A stretch of 64,000 nucleotides of DNA from Octopus sinensis (lineage: Eukaryota). Shown here in pieces: positions 25,655 through 38,293 of the stretch. The notes under the pieces are model-generated. The model was given only the letters and a program-made list of their open reading frames with translations, had not been told where the DNA came from and ran no database searches. The DNA lies in assembly GCF_006345805.1 (NCBI RefSeq), contig NW_021831846.1, positions 124,001 through 188,000 on the forward strand, given 5' to 3'. How positions within the stretch are numbered: position 1 is the stretch's first letter; the number at the start of each line of letters is the position of its first letter. A program made the position numbers and the translations under genes.

Positions 25655-27687
25655 TTTTATGGTTTAAATCTAATTATAGAAATGTTTCAAATTTTTTTAG
25701 GATTATTCTTTTTAAGTTTTTCAAGTTTGAAAATAGGTAAAAAAAAAAGAAAATGTCCGCAGTGTTTGTATAATCTGAAATCATCTGATATGAAGCTGAA
25801 ATTGAAATTAAAACTTAATTTTAATTTAGTAAATTCAGAATATAATTTTAATATAAAATTAATATAAAAATGGCGGTGAACTGGCAGTCATTTTCACGAC
25901 AGTCAAAACGCTTAGCATTTTGTCCATTTTTCACATTCTGAGTTCAAATTCTGGCATGGTCATCTTTGTTTTTTTCTTTTCTTTTTTTTGGGGGGGGGAC
26001 ACAATAAAATGAGTATCGGGTGAGCAGTGGGGTCAATGTAATTGACTCGCACCCCCTCCTGAACTTGCTGGCCCTGTGCTTTATGAAAATGTGAGCTGGC
26101 TGAATTGTTAGCACATCTAAGAAAATGCTTCACAGCTCTTATTCTGGCTCTTTGCGTTCGGTGTTCAACCACCATTGCCAAGATTAACTTTGCCTTTATC
26201 TAGCTGAGGTCGAAATAAAATACTAGCCAAGTACTGGGACCGATGGAATTGACATATCCTCTTCCCTTTAAAATTGCTGGCCATGTGCCTGTATTAGAAA
26301 CTACAATATTATTATTAAGGAAGTGAGCTGGCAAAAATCAGTGCATCACACAAAATCCTTAGCATTTTTTCAGGCTCTTTACATTGTGGGTTCAAGTTCT
26401 GTTGAAGTCAACTTTCTTTCATTCCTCCAGGGTTGATAACAAAGTACCAGTCAAGTACAGCACAAAACAATTTCATTGTAACTTTTGAATGATGCTACCT
26501 TGCTGGCTCGGCAGGCAGACATTATCCCTGAACAGAATGCTAGTCTGTCACACGGTTACTCATTTACTGCTGAATAGACTGGAGCAATATGAAATATTGT
26601 CAAGAACATAGCACATTGCCACATCTGGGAATTGAAACCATGATCTTGTGATTGTGAGTGCAACACCCTCACCACTAGGCCACACATCTTCATTGTATTG
26701 ATATCTAATCTTAATATGGCTATACTGTGGGTGTTATTGGTGCATTGTGAAGTCTGCAGATTGGTAACAACTGGTGTTGATGTGCTTGATATGGTGTTTG
26801 ATAATGTAGAGGTAATCTAGATGATCCCTGTTGAAGAGAAATATGAAAGGTGCAGGCTCCAATCTTGAACTCTGCCAGATCAAGATTGGAGCCTGGTGCA
26901 GCCATCTGGTTCGCCAGCCCTCAGTCAAAATCGTCCAACCCATGCTAGCATGGAAAGCGGACGTTAAACGGTGATGAAGTCATTCCTTAAAAGTAAAATT
27001 GTTGTTGGTGCTTAGGTTTATGTATTTTTCTGCTCCTTGTGCAGGTCAAACAATTGGTGGCTCAAACAGAAATCAAATAGTTATCTATCTTTGTTGTCAT
27101 ACTGTCAATGTCCATTTTCCATGTTGGCATGGGCTGCTTATTTGGACAGGATCTAATTAACCTGAGGATTGCATTGGTTTCCATTGTCTCCTTTGGCGTG
27201 GTTTCTACAGATGGGTGCTCATCAACTGCTTTATAGTGTGCACTGGGTACTTTTTCCAGGACTCCTGCCAGCACCAATGAGGCTTAGCATGTAACATTGC
27301 CAGGCAAGGTTACTTGACAGTGAAGGAGCAACATTGAGGGAGGTTTCCATTGTGCCAAGTATAGAGAAGTTAGAAGGAAAGAAACGGGTATTTTGCTGTA
27401 ATGGGTATCCTTGCAGAAAAAGGAGGAAGTATGGTTGAGATGAAAATATAATTTGAAATTAAGTTGAAAAATGGCACTAAATGTGTTATTTCTTGACTGA
27501 CTTTCATCTCAAAATTTCAGATAAAGTCATTTGTCAGAAAACAAATCTGTTTTAATGTTACTTTTGATGTTCTGAATATTTTTACCTTTTTTTTTCTTAA
27601 ATTATTCAATTAAAAAATTTATTTAAAAGCGAAAGTAAAATAACATTTGTATAATGACCTTTTATGTATATTAAACTATTTCTTTAG

Positions 27688-27833
27688 CTCTGATGGTGTG
27701 TGGGACCCAGAAAAATGGTTCAAGGCTTTCATTGCTTCACCTGAGGGGTCGCCCCTTACAATCAGTGATGGTCGAGAACGACGGCGACCTTTGGAGATTG
27801 ATAGAGAATTTATCTTCCGCCGTCGCTTGTCGG
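27688..27833 (+). CDS. EIF4ENIF1: 4E-T coding exon 3 (SDGVWDPEKWFKAFIASPEGSPLTISDGRERRRPLEIDREFIFRRRLS)
   Basis: tttAG acceptor, G|GTAAGT donor, phase 2 to 1. SDGVWDPEKW matches the 4E-T non-canonical eIF4E-binding site. Confidence 0.96.
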
Positions 27834-28413
27834 GTAAGTCTTTAGAATCTTTTTTTATCATCTGTGTGCATTTTATTTACAATGCTAGCATGGCTGGTAG
27901 TTTTAGGAATTGTGTGTGTGTATTTTAGGATATTTGCATATTGCCAGTTCTTAAATTACTGAAATCCTTGCAGTTTTAAACCTCTTGGCTTTGAAATAGT
28001 AGTGGTAACAGTTATTGAGCAGATAAAACAAGCTTTGTATAGTAGAGTATCCAGTGGCCACAGCAAGGTCTGGATTTATGATCACATTGGTCAGTCTCTT
28101 TGACCTCATGGTTTATATTTGTCTTCTAAGCAAAACAATTTTTGTGTGACTGTAATTGCCATTCCATATTTCAACACTTTCACCAAAGACATAATTGGTT
28201 TAGACCAAGTCTTATTTTCTAGAATTTCTCTGGAGATCCAACTTTTTAAAAAAATTTCATCGCTGATCTGTTAGCACTGGTTGGATACTAACTCCACAAC
28301 TGTGGATTTGGAGTGGAACTTTTTTTTGTTGTGCTGATGCAAAAACATTTATGTACTCAGCCCAAGGGCACAAGACTATGACTTAAGTATGAATTGTGGC
28401 CAGTAGTTCAAGC

Positions 28414-28819
28414 GGATCTTTTTGGTTTGAACAGCAGTTTTTTCTAGCGGTGTCATTATGAAATTGTCACCCATAATTATGACCCTAGAATCGATCTATT
28501 GCATTTCAATCTCTTTTAGGGTTAGTTAGGGGTGGGGGAAGGGTATCTTTTTTCTTCACAAATGTAAATAAACCCAATCTGTTTCTTAAACGAGGAACAT
28601 ATTCATACGGCACAGAATGCTTTTTAACTCAATAGACGTCATTGATTGGTTGAAATTGAAGAAAAAGAAACAACAAATATCTTACAAACTATAGAATTTT
28701 CTCAATAAAGCCAAGAGAAAAAGATGTTTTATAAACACATTCTACCAGTATAGGAAGTTTAAAATTTTTTAGTTACCTAGAAATTATGTTAAAAACTGCC
28801 GTTCAAACCGAAAAGATCC
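28414..28819. mobile_element. MITE with 29-bp TIRs beginning GG and 8-bp TSD (Merlin-like)
   Basis: TIR GGATCTTTT(T/C)GGTTTGAAC(A/G)GCAGTTTTT at both ends; TSD GTTCAAGC at 28406-28413 and 28820-28827. Superfamily assignment is inference. Confidence 0.85.
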
Positions 28820-29191
28820 GTTCAAGCAACATTGTGTGGCTTTGATATTAAAATCTCCGAGATGTTTTGTTACCATATTTTATGGCTTACTAGTCGAATT
28901 TTTCAGACCAAAATTTACAGCCCCACAAAAAACAAAACAAAATAAAGCTAGGTCAGTTCATACACCAAGATGACTTAGGACAAAAAATTCCATGTGAAAT
29001 GCATAATTCAGCAACTCTTAGGAAAATCTAGACTAATTTCAGTAACTCTGCTAATATGCAAAAATGAAAGAAAAAACCCCAAAAAACTCCAAAAATGTAT
29101 CATTTCTATCTTAAGACTTGGGTAGTCATCTGTTTGACTTCTTGACAGTAATGAGGACTTTCTTTTTCTTTTTTTTTTGTTGTTGTTGCAG

Positions 29192-29330
29192 ACCCCAAGG
29201 AGCGTTTGAGGGATGATTGTATAGTGTTAAGCCCTCAACGTAGAAGCTTTGGAACAGGGTGCCATGTAACACTTTCGGGCATCGGGAGACAAGTTAGTTG
29301 TCCTCCTGATTTCAAAGAGTCAGCTCAAAG
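29192..29330 (+). CDS. EIF4ENIF1: 4E-T coding exon 4 (DPKERLRDDCIVLSPQRRSFGTGCHVTLSGIGRQVSCPPDFKESAQ[R])
   Basis: Polypyrimidine tract plus gcAG, AG|GTAATC donor, phase 1 to 2. Conserved 4E-T motif VLSPQRRSFGxGCHV. Confidence 0.96.
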
Positions 29331-29726
29331 GTAATCCTTTCATATGTATTTTTGACATGTCAATTGAAGTGAACTTGGAAGACTCTGTAAGTCTTTCAGC
29401 CTTACTAGAAACAGCAGCATAATCTCCTTCAAATCACAACCTACTGTAACCCCCCCCCCAAAAAAAAAACCCCACAAGTTTGGATGTTGAAATACTAGAT
29501 ATATCCTCATTGTTGAACATTCACTTTTCCATTCCTGTGCGGAGTAGATGGAATTAGTTGGGGTTAATTTTCAATGGCTGGATGCCCCTCCTGCCACCAG
29601 TCCTCACCTATCTCCAGACAAGGTAATGTTTCCCCATGATTGGATGTGTTTTTCACAGAAGGCTAGAAACAAACATCACTTACGATGGTGATTGTTTACA
29701 TCCATACATATCAAGGCACGGACAAC

Positions 29727-29957
29727 CTATTTCTTTACTACCTACAAGGGGCTAAACACAGAGGGGACAAACAAGGACAGACAAATGGATTAAGTCGATT
29801 ATATCGACCCCAGTGCGTAACTGGTACGTTTTTAATCGACCCCAAAAGGATGAAAGGCAAAGTTGACCTAGGCGGAATTTGAACTCACAACGTAACGGCG
29901 GACGAATTACCGCTAAGCATTTCGCCCGGTGTGCTAACGACGCTGCCAGCTCGTCGC
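29727..29957 (-). mobile_element. Short SINE family D
   Basis: Flanked by CAAG(G/A)CACGGACAAC direct repeats. Confidence 0.85.
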
Positions 29958-29974
29958 AAGACACGGACAACCGA

Positions 29975-30300
29975 CTGGCACTCCATCGGTTATGATAAGG
30001 GTTCTAGTTGACCCAGTTAACAGAACAGCCTGCTCATGAAATTAACTTGTCAGGGGTTAAGCACTCTGCAGACATGCGTACCCTTAACATAGTTCTTAGG
30101 GATATTCAGCGTGACACACAATGTGACAAGGCTGGCACACCCGTGAATTACAGGTACAACTCATTTTTGCCAGCTGAGTGGATTGGAGCAACGTGAAATA
30201 AAGTGTCCTGCTCAAGGACACAATGTGCTGCCTGGAATTGAACTTGCAGCCATCTGATTGTGAGCCAAATATCCTTAACCACTAAGCCATGTGCCTTCAC
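29975..30300 (-). mobile_element. SINE with family C-like head and family B tail
   Basis: 30160-30300 resembles head C; 29975-30135 resembles the tail of the 14391 copy. Confidence 0.75.
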
Positions 30301-31186
30301 TAGACAAGGATGAACACATCATGAGCATCTTTCACTTTGTCTGCCAAATCTACTCAAGGCTTTTGGTTAGTTTGGAGCTGTAGTAGAAGACACTTGCTTA
30401 AGGTACCATGCAGTGGAACTGAACCTGAGACCATATAGTTGGAAAGCAAGCTTCTTAACCACACAACCATGTCTACAATTTGTCTGGATTTAATTTTTGG
30501 TAATAGCAATTTTTATTGAATTACAGGGCATTTTTGACAGATACTTGTACTCCTAATGTAATTCTTAGGCCAAATTGGAGATACAGTCTGAAACAGATAC
30601 AGTCTGGATTACAGATGTGGCCCATCTGATGGGCTTTTTCAATTTCTCTTAATTTTGACTCCCATCTCCTGAGTCAAACTCAGGCTATGGCTTAAAGAAA
30701 AAGAAAGTTGCCCTAGGTGCTATATAATAGGATCGATCCTTTGATTTCATGACTGCAAAAGAAACTTAACCACGCAGCCATTTCATCATGATTCAGGAAA
30801 TGGATGTTGGTAGGCATGGTTTTGTGGTTAAAAAGTTTGCTTCTCGCTTATGTAGTCCTTTGTCTAATTCTACTTTGCGATACTTTGGGTAAGTGTCTTT
30901 TACAAGTAGCCATGGGTTGGTCAGTACCTTTGAGAGTAAAATTGGTAAATGACCTTACAATGTCATTTTAACAATAATCACATCATTGAAATCTCGGTGG
31001 TATGAGATAATGCATGATTACTCATCCAAAATAGTGTGACTAAATAAGCTTTACAATAATTCAACAGTAATCTGTATGTTTAAAGGGTTAAATTTAGACT
31101 TGGTTATTGAATATCTTTCAGCTTTTTTCTTTGGCATTATCCTTCATTTTTTACAATTTTTTTTTGCTTGTTTTCCTTTTCTGTAG

Positions 31187-31310
31187 AGAGCGAACTCGAA
31201 GAATTGGGAGTGGCCGAATTCAACTCGAGAAGGATTACAACTGTAGATACGATAACTTTGAAAGGAACGATAGTGGTCGTGGTGATAACTTTAGGAACAA
31301 CTATGATCGG
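31187..31310 (+). CDS. EIF4ENIF1: 4E-T coding exon 5 (ERTRRIGSGRIQLEKDYNCRYDNFERNDSGRGDNFRNNYDR)
   Basis: ctgtAG acceptor, CGG|GTATGG donor, phase 2 to 0. Conserved RRIGSGRI motif. Confidence 0.93.
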
Positions 31311-31687
31311 GTATGGTCTTTTATGACATGGATGTTTTTCTTTGTTTTTATGTTTTCGATTGTGGGGATTCAGAGAAGTGCTGTCCTTCAGTAGATTGTT
31401 TTTGGGTGAAAAGGGAAAAATCTGTGGTAACATGTAGTTTAAAAAAAAGTGCTTCTTACAAGATATGAATTCATTGCAAGCACTTTGATGTTATTGGCAG
31501 GAATAAATGTGTATGTATGTGTGTATATAGTATTATACGACAGGAGCAGTATTAATACTAAAAGGTTGTATTTATCTCCCACTAAAAGTGGGTGTTGTGT
31601 TAGAACACAGGATACTGCATTATTTACCATGAGAAAACCTCCCAAATGGACTTGTGGTACGTACAAGCACTCCTGTTTTTCCTGTTT

Positions 31688-31730
<43 letters not shown>

Positions 31731-31731
<1 letters not shown>

Positions 31732-32770
31732 CATCATCATCGTTTAGCGTCCGCTTTCCATGCTGGCATGGGTTGGACGGTTCAACTGGGGTCTGGGAAG
31801 CCAGAAGGCTGCATCAGGCCCAGTCTGATCTGGCAATGTTTCTACGACTGGATGCCCTTCCTAACGCCAACCACTCCATGAGTGTAGTGGGTGCTTTTTA
31901 CGTGCCACCGGCACGGAGGCCAGGTGAGGCTGGCAACGACCATGATTGGATGGTGCTTTTTACGTGCCACCGGCACGGAGGCCAGGCAAGGCTGGCAAAG
32001 GCCACGATCAGATGGTGCTCTTTACGTGCCACCGGCACGGAGGCCAGGCCAGGCTGGCAACAGCCACGATTGGATGGTGCTTTTTACGTGCCACTGGCAC
32101 GGAGGCTAGTCGGGGCGGTGCTGGCAACGGCCACGTTCGGATGGTTCTCTTATGTGCCACCGGCACTGGTATCACAGCTACAATTTCCATTGATGTTGAT
32201 GGATTTTGATTGTCACTTGCTTCAATAGGTCTTCACAAGTAGTTTTGTGTCCCAAGAAGGAAAGGTATGCATAAGTGGACTGAGGCCACGGGTTATGGCC
32301 TCACTTGTCCTGCCGGGTCTTCTCATGCACAGCATACTTCCAAAGGTCTCGGTCTCTAGTCATTTCCTCGGTGAGACCTAAAGTTTGAAGGTCGTGCTTC
32401 ACCACCTTGTCCCAAGTTTTCCTGGGTCTACCTCTTCCACAGGTTTTCTCAACCGCTAGGGTGTGGCACTTTTTCACACAACTATCTTCATCCATTCTTG
32501 CCACATGACCATACCAGCGCAAACGTCTCTCTTGCACACAACTGATGCTTCTTAGGTCCAACTTTTCTCTCAAGGTACTTACACTCTGTCGAGTATGAAC
32601 ACTGACATTACACATCCATCGGAGCATACTGGCTTCATTTCTTGCGAGCTTACGCATATCCTGCCAGGGACAAAAGGCCTCTCGCTCAGAGTAAAAGGCA
32701 GACTGTATGACGCATGTGTACAAACAGCCATGCTACATGGCAGTGAAACATGGGCCGTGACTGCTGAAGA
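31731..32770 (-). mobile_element. 5'-truncated RTE-clade LINE with 5' inversion; ORF C-terminus plus 3' UTR with 62-bp tandem units and (GAT)n tail
   Basis: Minus-strand DMRKLARNEASMLRWMC...RRLRWYGHVARM...GRGRPRKTW is a typical RTE ORF end; + strand 32670-32770 encodes the preceding TKGLSLRVKGRLYDACVQTAMLHGSETWAVTAED. Confidence 0.9.
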
Positions 32771-32842
<72 letters not shown>

Positions 32843-33224
32843 GTGTGTGTGTGTGTGTGTGGTGTGTGCCGGCATGACTGCTGTGTGGTCAAGAAGCTTG
32901 ATTTGCAACCATCTGCTTTTGGATTTAGCTCCACTGTGTGACACTTTGTGTAACTTTTCTATCAGTTTCATAGCATAGCCTTCACACACATTGGTTTATG
33001 CTTATGCTCACTTGCCAGTGTCCACACTCATTGGCCAGCACCTGTTACTTTTACACACTGATTATTTGAAATGAATAGAATCGAGCTTGTATAAATTTGC
33101 ATTTAAAATTATAAATTATAAATTTGCAGTAAAATTACGAACTGTTAATTTGTGAGTGGAACAGTCGCATAATACCACACAGACGTTTAATTTTCTTTTG
33201 TTTCATCTTTTTTCTCTCTTACAG

Positions 33225-33255
33225 CGAGACATGAATCCACGAAGAATAAATACCC
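33225..33255 (+). CDS. EIF4ENIF1: 4E-T coding exon 6, 31-nt microexon (RDMNPRRINT[P])
   Basis: Long pyrimidine tract plus tacAG, C|GTAAGT donor. Phase 0 to 1 exactly bridges exon 5 (ends phase 0) and exon 7 (starts phase 1). Confidence 0.85.
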
Positions 33256-34121
33256 GTAAGTTTTATAATCATTTTCTTTTATGCACTTCATGTTATTCAT
33301 ATTAGATGCAATTGATTTCAGATTTAGTCCCATATCAACCTTATTAGAACTCCAGCCTTCCTTTTAGAAATATTTGTTTCATGATTTAATGCGTCTGCAT
33401 TATAAAGATGATGGAAAGCTGTGAATTTAAGGTTTTTGCTGCCACTTTTAGTATGTCAAGAGACCATGAAGAGATTCTTTTGTTGGTGTGTCAGCTGACT
33501 ACTTAATTCAGTGCTTGTTAGCAGTAAGAATAGCAGATTTTACTGGAAAAACAAATCCCTAAAATGACTCTCAAACCATCCTGTCTGTCAACTCGGCCAT
33601 GCTATCATGGTTGGATGTAGCAAAGTAAAATTTCATTTTAAGTATCACAACATCCTTTAGCTGAACTCCATTGTTAATGTGGAATAAGGACTTTATTTTG
33701 CTGGTTAGTGCTTTCAAATTGCTTCACTAGTTAGTTGTCATGTGTAAGAAAAAGCAATTCAGTCTAGATTCAGCTTTTTAGATTAACTTTGTTGGGTAGG
33801 GGTGGGAAACCAGATTTGGCTGGTTTGATGAATATAAGACAAAGAGTCAGATATGGTGGCCAGTTTAAGTGCTAAAAGGTTAATGTAATTAGAATAGTCT
33901 TAAAATGTAGAAATTCAAATAAATACCAGTAGAGGTGCTTATTCCAAAACTCATCTTTTTTTGTATTACATTGCTAGAATTTTTCTTTTAATTAAATTTA
34001 ATTATATAGAACTTCCAACATAAAATGGTTTCACAGTTTCCATATAGGGTGTAGAAACAAGGAATTAAGTTTGATAGTCCAAGAATTTTGATACATAATA
34101 TAGTGCCTAGTTAAAATATTC

Positions 34122-34276
34122 GAGTGGCTGTGTGGTAAGTAGCTTGCTTACCAACCACATGGTTCCGGGTTCGGTCCCACTGCGTGGCACCTTGGGCAAG
34201 TGTCTTCTACTATAGCCTCGGGCCGACCAAAGCCTTGTGAGTGGATTTGGTAGACGGAAACTGAAAGAAGTCCATC

Positions 34277-34325
<49 letters not shown>

Positions 34326-34515
34326 ATATATATATAGGTGTGTGTGTGTTTGTGTGTCTGTGTTTGTCCCCGTTACTTAGCGGTTCGGCAAAAGAGACCG
34401 ATAGAATAAGTACTGGGCTTACAAAAGAATAAATCCCGGGGTCGAGTTGCTCGATTAAAGGCGGTGCTCCAGCATGGCCGCAGTCAAATGACTGAAACAA
34501 GTAAAAGAGTAAAGA
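34122..34515 (+). mobile_element. SINE family A
   Basis: Copy ending about 130 nt upstream of exon 7. Confidence 0.85.
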
Positions 34516-34645
34516 CTATATAACTCGTATATAAAAATCTTGCAAACCAAATCCCAAAACGAAATAATTTTCTCTGAACTATTTTTCTAATGGGTTTTAT
34601 AATTATCTATCATCCCCTTTTATTTCGTTTTATCCCTTATTGCAG

Positions 34646-34849
34646 CCAACCGACGACGAAATATTCGTCGGCATGAAGATGACCCTGCTCCAGAGTGGTT
34701 CACGGATGGACCAAATAGCAAAACAGATACCATCGAGCTACGTGGTTTTGAAACCACTGGAGAGCAGGCAGAAGAGGACATGGACGAGGTCAACATGCCT
34801 GTTGTAAACAGGAAGGAGTATCTCTCGCACATCAATGAAGAGGACATTG
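34646..34849 (+). CDS. EIF4ENIF1: 4E-T coding exon 7 with Cup-homology domain (NRRRNIRRHEDDPAPEWFTDGPNSKTDTIELRGFETTGEQAEEDMDEVNMPVVNRKEYLSHINEEDI)
   Basis: ttgcAG acceptor, G|GTAGGA donor, phase 1 to 1. PEWFxxGPxSxxDTIELxGF is the DDX6-binding CHD. Preceded by an Arg-rich NLS-like stretch. Confidence 0.96.
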
Positions 34850-35090
34850 GTAGGATTTTGGTTGTATTTTCATTGTTTTACTTTCATTCCAGCTGTAATT
34901 TTTACCTTTTTTTTCTTTTTCTATCTGACTTTTTCTAGGATTACTTTGTCTATTCTAGCCTAGTGGTTAGGGTGCGGTTGTATGGTTGTGGTTTTGATTT
35001 CTGGACTAGGTAGTGTATTGTGGTCCTGAGAAACACTTTTTCACGTTTCCAGTCTACTAAGCTCTGATTATGAGCATTAACTGGGAAGTT

Positions 35091-35458
35091 TACTTCTTAC
35101 AGCATTCACCCGGGGTGGGTTGAGCTCGCTTCATTCATCCTCAATGCTGCATCTCTCACAAACGTCGACCAGGCCTGGCAATTTGAGGCTAACGACTGCG
35201 TGATCTCTAACCACTGCTTATTCCAGCGGCGAACGCCGTAGATATGGGGGCCTAGGTTGGGTTCCAGATCAGCCTTGACTGTCATCAGGCAGGTTTTTCG
35301 TTGTCCACCATGACACTTTCGCCAACCCTGAAGGGGAGCTGGGGCAATTGCCTCGTAGATGAATTCTCCTGGCTGACGATGGAGGGCATGACCCAGCCAA
35401 CGCAGACGTCTCGTTAGGATAAGTTGTCGGAGGGAGGATCCTTCCTTCAAATATTCCT
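35091..35458 (-). mobile_element. 5'-truncated RTE-type LINE of a second family
   Basis: ORF RRLRWLGHALHR...GGQRKT...YGVRRWN...; TSD CTGGGAAGTT at 35081-35090 and 35459-35468. Confidence 0.82.
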
Positions 35459-36337
35459 CTGGGAAGTTAACCCTGGTGTTCTGTTCATGGGGTATGTTGT
35501 AATCTCAGTTACTTCAACCAGGTTAAGCTCCAACCTTGAGTCATATGGCTCTTGACAGACATGACCAGGTCCAGTGATTGTATTACGGCTGTGTTACAGC
35601 ACACAGCCCACACAGACTGCAAGGGGTTTTAGTCAGTTATATTGACCCAATATTTTGTCAGGTACTTTGTCAACTTCAGACAAGGACAAAAGGCAGTCAA
35701 CCAAGCATAAGAGGAGATAGTCTATATGTTAGTCAATATTGCCTTTCACATCATCAAGCAACACAAACCAACAGAATTTTACATAGTTTTTGTAGTATCA
35801 TCATCATCATCATTTAGCGTCTGCTTTCCATGCTAGCATGGGTTGGACGGTTCAACTGGGGTCTGTGAAGCTGGAAGGCTTCGTCAGGCCCAGTCAGATC
35901 TGGCAGTCTTTCTACGGCTGGATGCCCTTCCTAATGCCAACCACTCCGTGAGTGTAGTGGGTGCTTTTTACGTGCCACCCGCACAGGTGCCAGAAAGAGT
36001 ATATGAAAATATATTAGTTAGTACATTGTTTATTAGAGAACTGGGACGTAGCTCTGAGTAATTGTAAATCATGTTTATAATTGATATACACCAATTTGAG
36101 GTAGTGGACCTGTAGCTGTTTTTTATTATTTTTTATTTTTGTGGTCTGTGTATCTGGTGCTTTCTTGGCAATTATGTTGCCAATTACTCTACAGAGGACA
36201 TGCCATTCCATCTTTCTCAAATTTGTTGCAATTAGTTAAATCTCTGTAGGTCCAAAGTTTTTTAAATTTTGAATGAAATTGCACATTTTATTACAGTGTA
36301 TTGAATGGATTTTTTTCTCTTTTTCTCTCTCTCTTAG

Positions 36338-36504
36338 CTAACATCAGTGTGTCTGAGAGAAATGGCAGCTTGGAAACTAATGAATCCAGTTCTCCTGAGG
36401 ATTCTCCACCCTCAGACAATGTCCATGGCACACCACCTCAAACATCGCCTTTCTTTGATCTTGATGAATTCTTCAAAATCAATATACCAATACTTGGGAT
36501 GATG
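36338..36504 (+). CDS. EIF4ENIF1: 4E-T coding exon 8 (ANISVSERNGSLETNESSSPEDSPPSDNVHGTPPQTSPFFDLDEFFKINIPILGMM)
   Basis: CT-rich tract plus ttAG, ATG|GTAAGT donor, phase 1 to 0. FDLDEFF resembles 4E-T FDFNEFF. Confidence 0.92.
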
Positions 36505-37169
36505 GTAAGTTCAGTTTGGTTGTACCTTTGAATCATTTTCTAAAATACCTTTGAAGTTGTTGTTTGTGCTCAAGTCATCCCTGATTGAGGAAGACACTTT
36601 GATCCAGTTTTCCGGCTGTGACTAATGTTTTTTGAATATCAAAAAAACATTATGTATCCTCTTTAAAGATTGAAGGGGTGATTTTAGGGAGATTTATATT
36701 ACTAGTAGGCTGAGTGAGCACATAGCCCCTCCAATGCTTCATGTATGAAGGGTTTTGAGATAAGTTGTGATCAGGATACCCTCACTTTAAATTGGTTTAT
36801 TCTTATAACCTGGCTGATTAGATGATTGCTGTCAGACATGGGGAATGACAGTAACTGACTAGATTCAGCATATTAAGTATATTTTCTATAGTCTGTAGTG
36901 TTAATTTGGTATTTTTCTCCATTTCAAATCTGGTTTATGGGTTTATTTGACCTTTAAGCTGGTCTCTTAAACATGAGAAATCTAATCATTGTTGTATTTT
37001 TTTAATTAAAAAAATTGTTAAGAATTAGGACTTGAAAGATTTTGGTCTTTAGTTTTTAAAGTAGTTAAATTTTGTCTGAACCAATATTTGGCAAGCATAT
37101 AAATCAGATGTTATAACCTGGATACTTCCACATCCTGTTACAGGACAAGCACCACTCAACTATATAGAT

Positions 37170-37370
37170 CAGTGGTTTTCAACCAGGGTTCCGCCAGTAC
37201 AGTCCAGGGGTTCCGCAAGAAGTTACAAAACTGCTAAAATCGGCAGTAATTTTTAAGTCGCCTGTGCAGATATGTGTGCATAAGACTATTAAATTATTGC
37301 ACAGGGGTTCCTCGAGCCAGTGGAATGTTTCCTTGGGGTTCCGCTCCAGCAAAAAGTTTGAAAAGCACTG
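37170..37370. mobile_element. hAT (Charlie-like) MITE, 201 bp
   Basis: CAGTGGTTTTCAA...TTGAAAAGCACTG termini; 8-bp TSD ATATAGAT on both sides. A decayed relative lies at about 15920-16128. Confidence 0.88.
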
Positions 37371-38293
37371 ATATAGATATTATTGGCAGATACAACATTA
37401 ACTCTTTTGCATTCAGAGCCCTCTGTCTAAAATGTAATGTTTGTTTATTTACATTGTTTTGAAATGTCAGTTTAGACAGACGTTGTAGGGTAGTTATAAG
37501 AGGCCTGATGTGATCAGTTGTAGCATTAAACCTGTAGAATATTTTAGCCAGATATGGCTGGTTTAAATGCTAAAAGGTTAAACGGGAGCAAAATTGCGAG
37601 ATGCATCTTGGCTGTGGTTGCTTGAAGATGTTAAGTAGATTGAAGTGTACTTGTTTTCTCAATGCTTTTTCTTTCTTTTTTTTTTTTTTTTTATTATATA
37701 GTATTGAATGGGAGGAGATGTTTATGCTTATCTGAGGCCATGGGTCTGGACTCAAGCTAACCCAAGTTATTAGCTAGTTGGTAAAACTTGATTAGAATGC
37801 TGTATATAATTACAGCCCTGCTAAACAAGTATGTTATGTGTTGAGTCCTTGTCTCACCTGTATATGCCACTTTTGACCCGTTTTTGTCACTAATCACTTT
37901 ACTGAGTTGGATTCATCTTGCCACTAGCATTAAAGATGTTGTCCCATGGAAGGATTAGAGACCTCTTTAACCTATATCAGTGTTTGTGTGGTTGTAGCTA
38001 TTTCTTGTTAGTCACATGTTATGTTGGTGTAGATGGGGGTGGGGAAATGCTGATCTAATGTGGCTTGGTATAAAGGTCATTTGTTTTATATGGAGAGGGA
38101 GGGGTTGCGCGTGTGGGAATGAGACTCTGTCTCCCTAGCTTTAATTTAGAGGGACATACTGAGAAGTTGTCAAAGTTGCAGGAACGTGATGTTTGCTGCA
38201 CATACCATTCCCTAAATGGCCTGTGATATATGATCGCAGCATGCACTGTTTTGATACTGATTCTCCTTAGACTGCCCTTAGTTCTATATCGAA

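Noticed and set aside
31449-32228. Longest ORF in the track (259 aa)
   Set aside because: It runs through a (TG)n microsatellite and the antisense strand of an RTE 3' UTR; there is no protein-like signal.
34620-34847. Minus-strand ORFs overlapping exons (also 27676-27861, 31137-31433, 50971-51261, 60431-60636)
   Set aside because: Antisense shadows of real + strand exons, with no independent splice or homology support.
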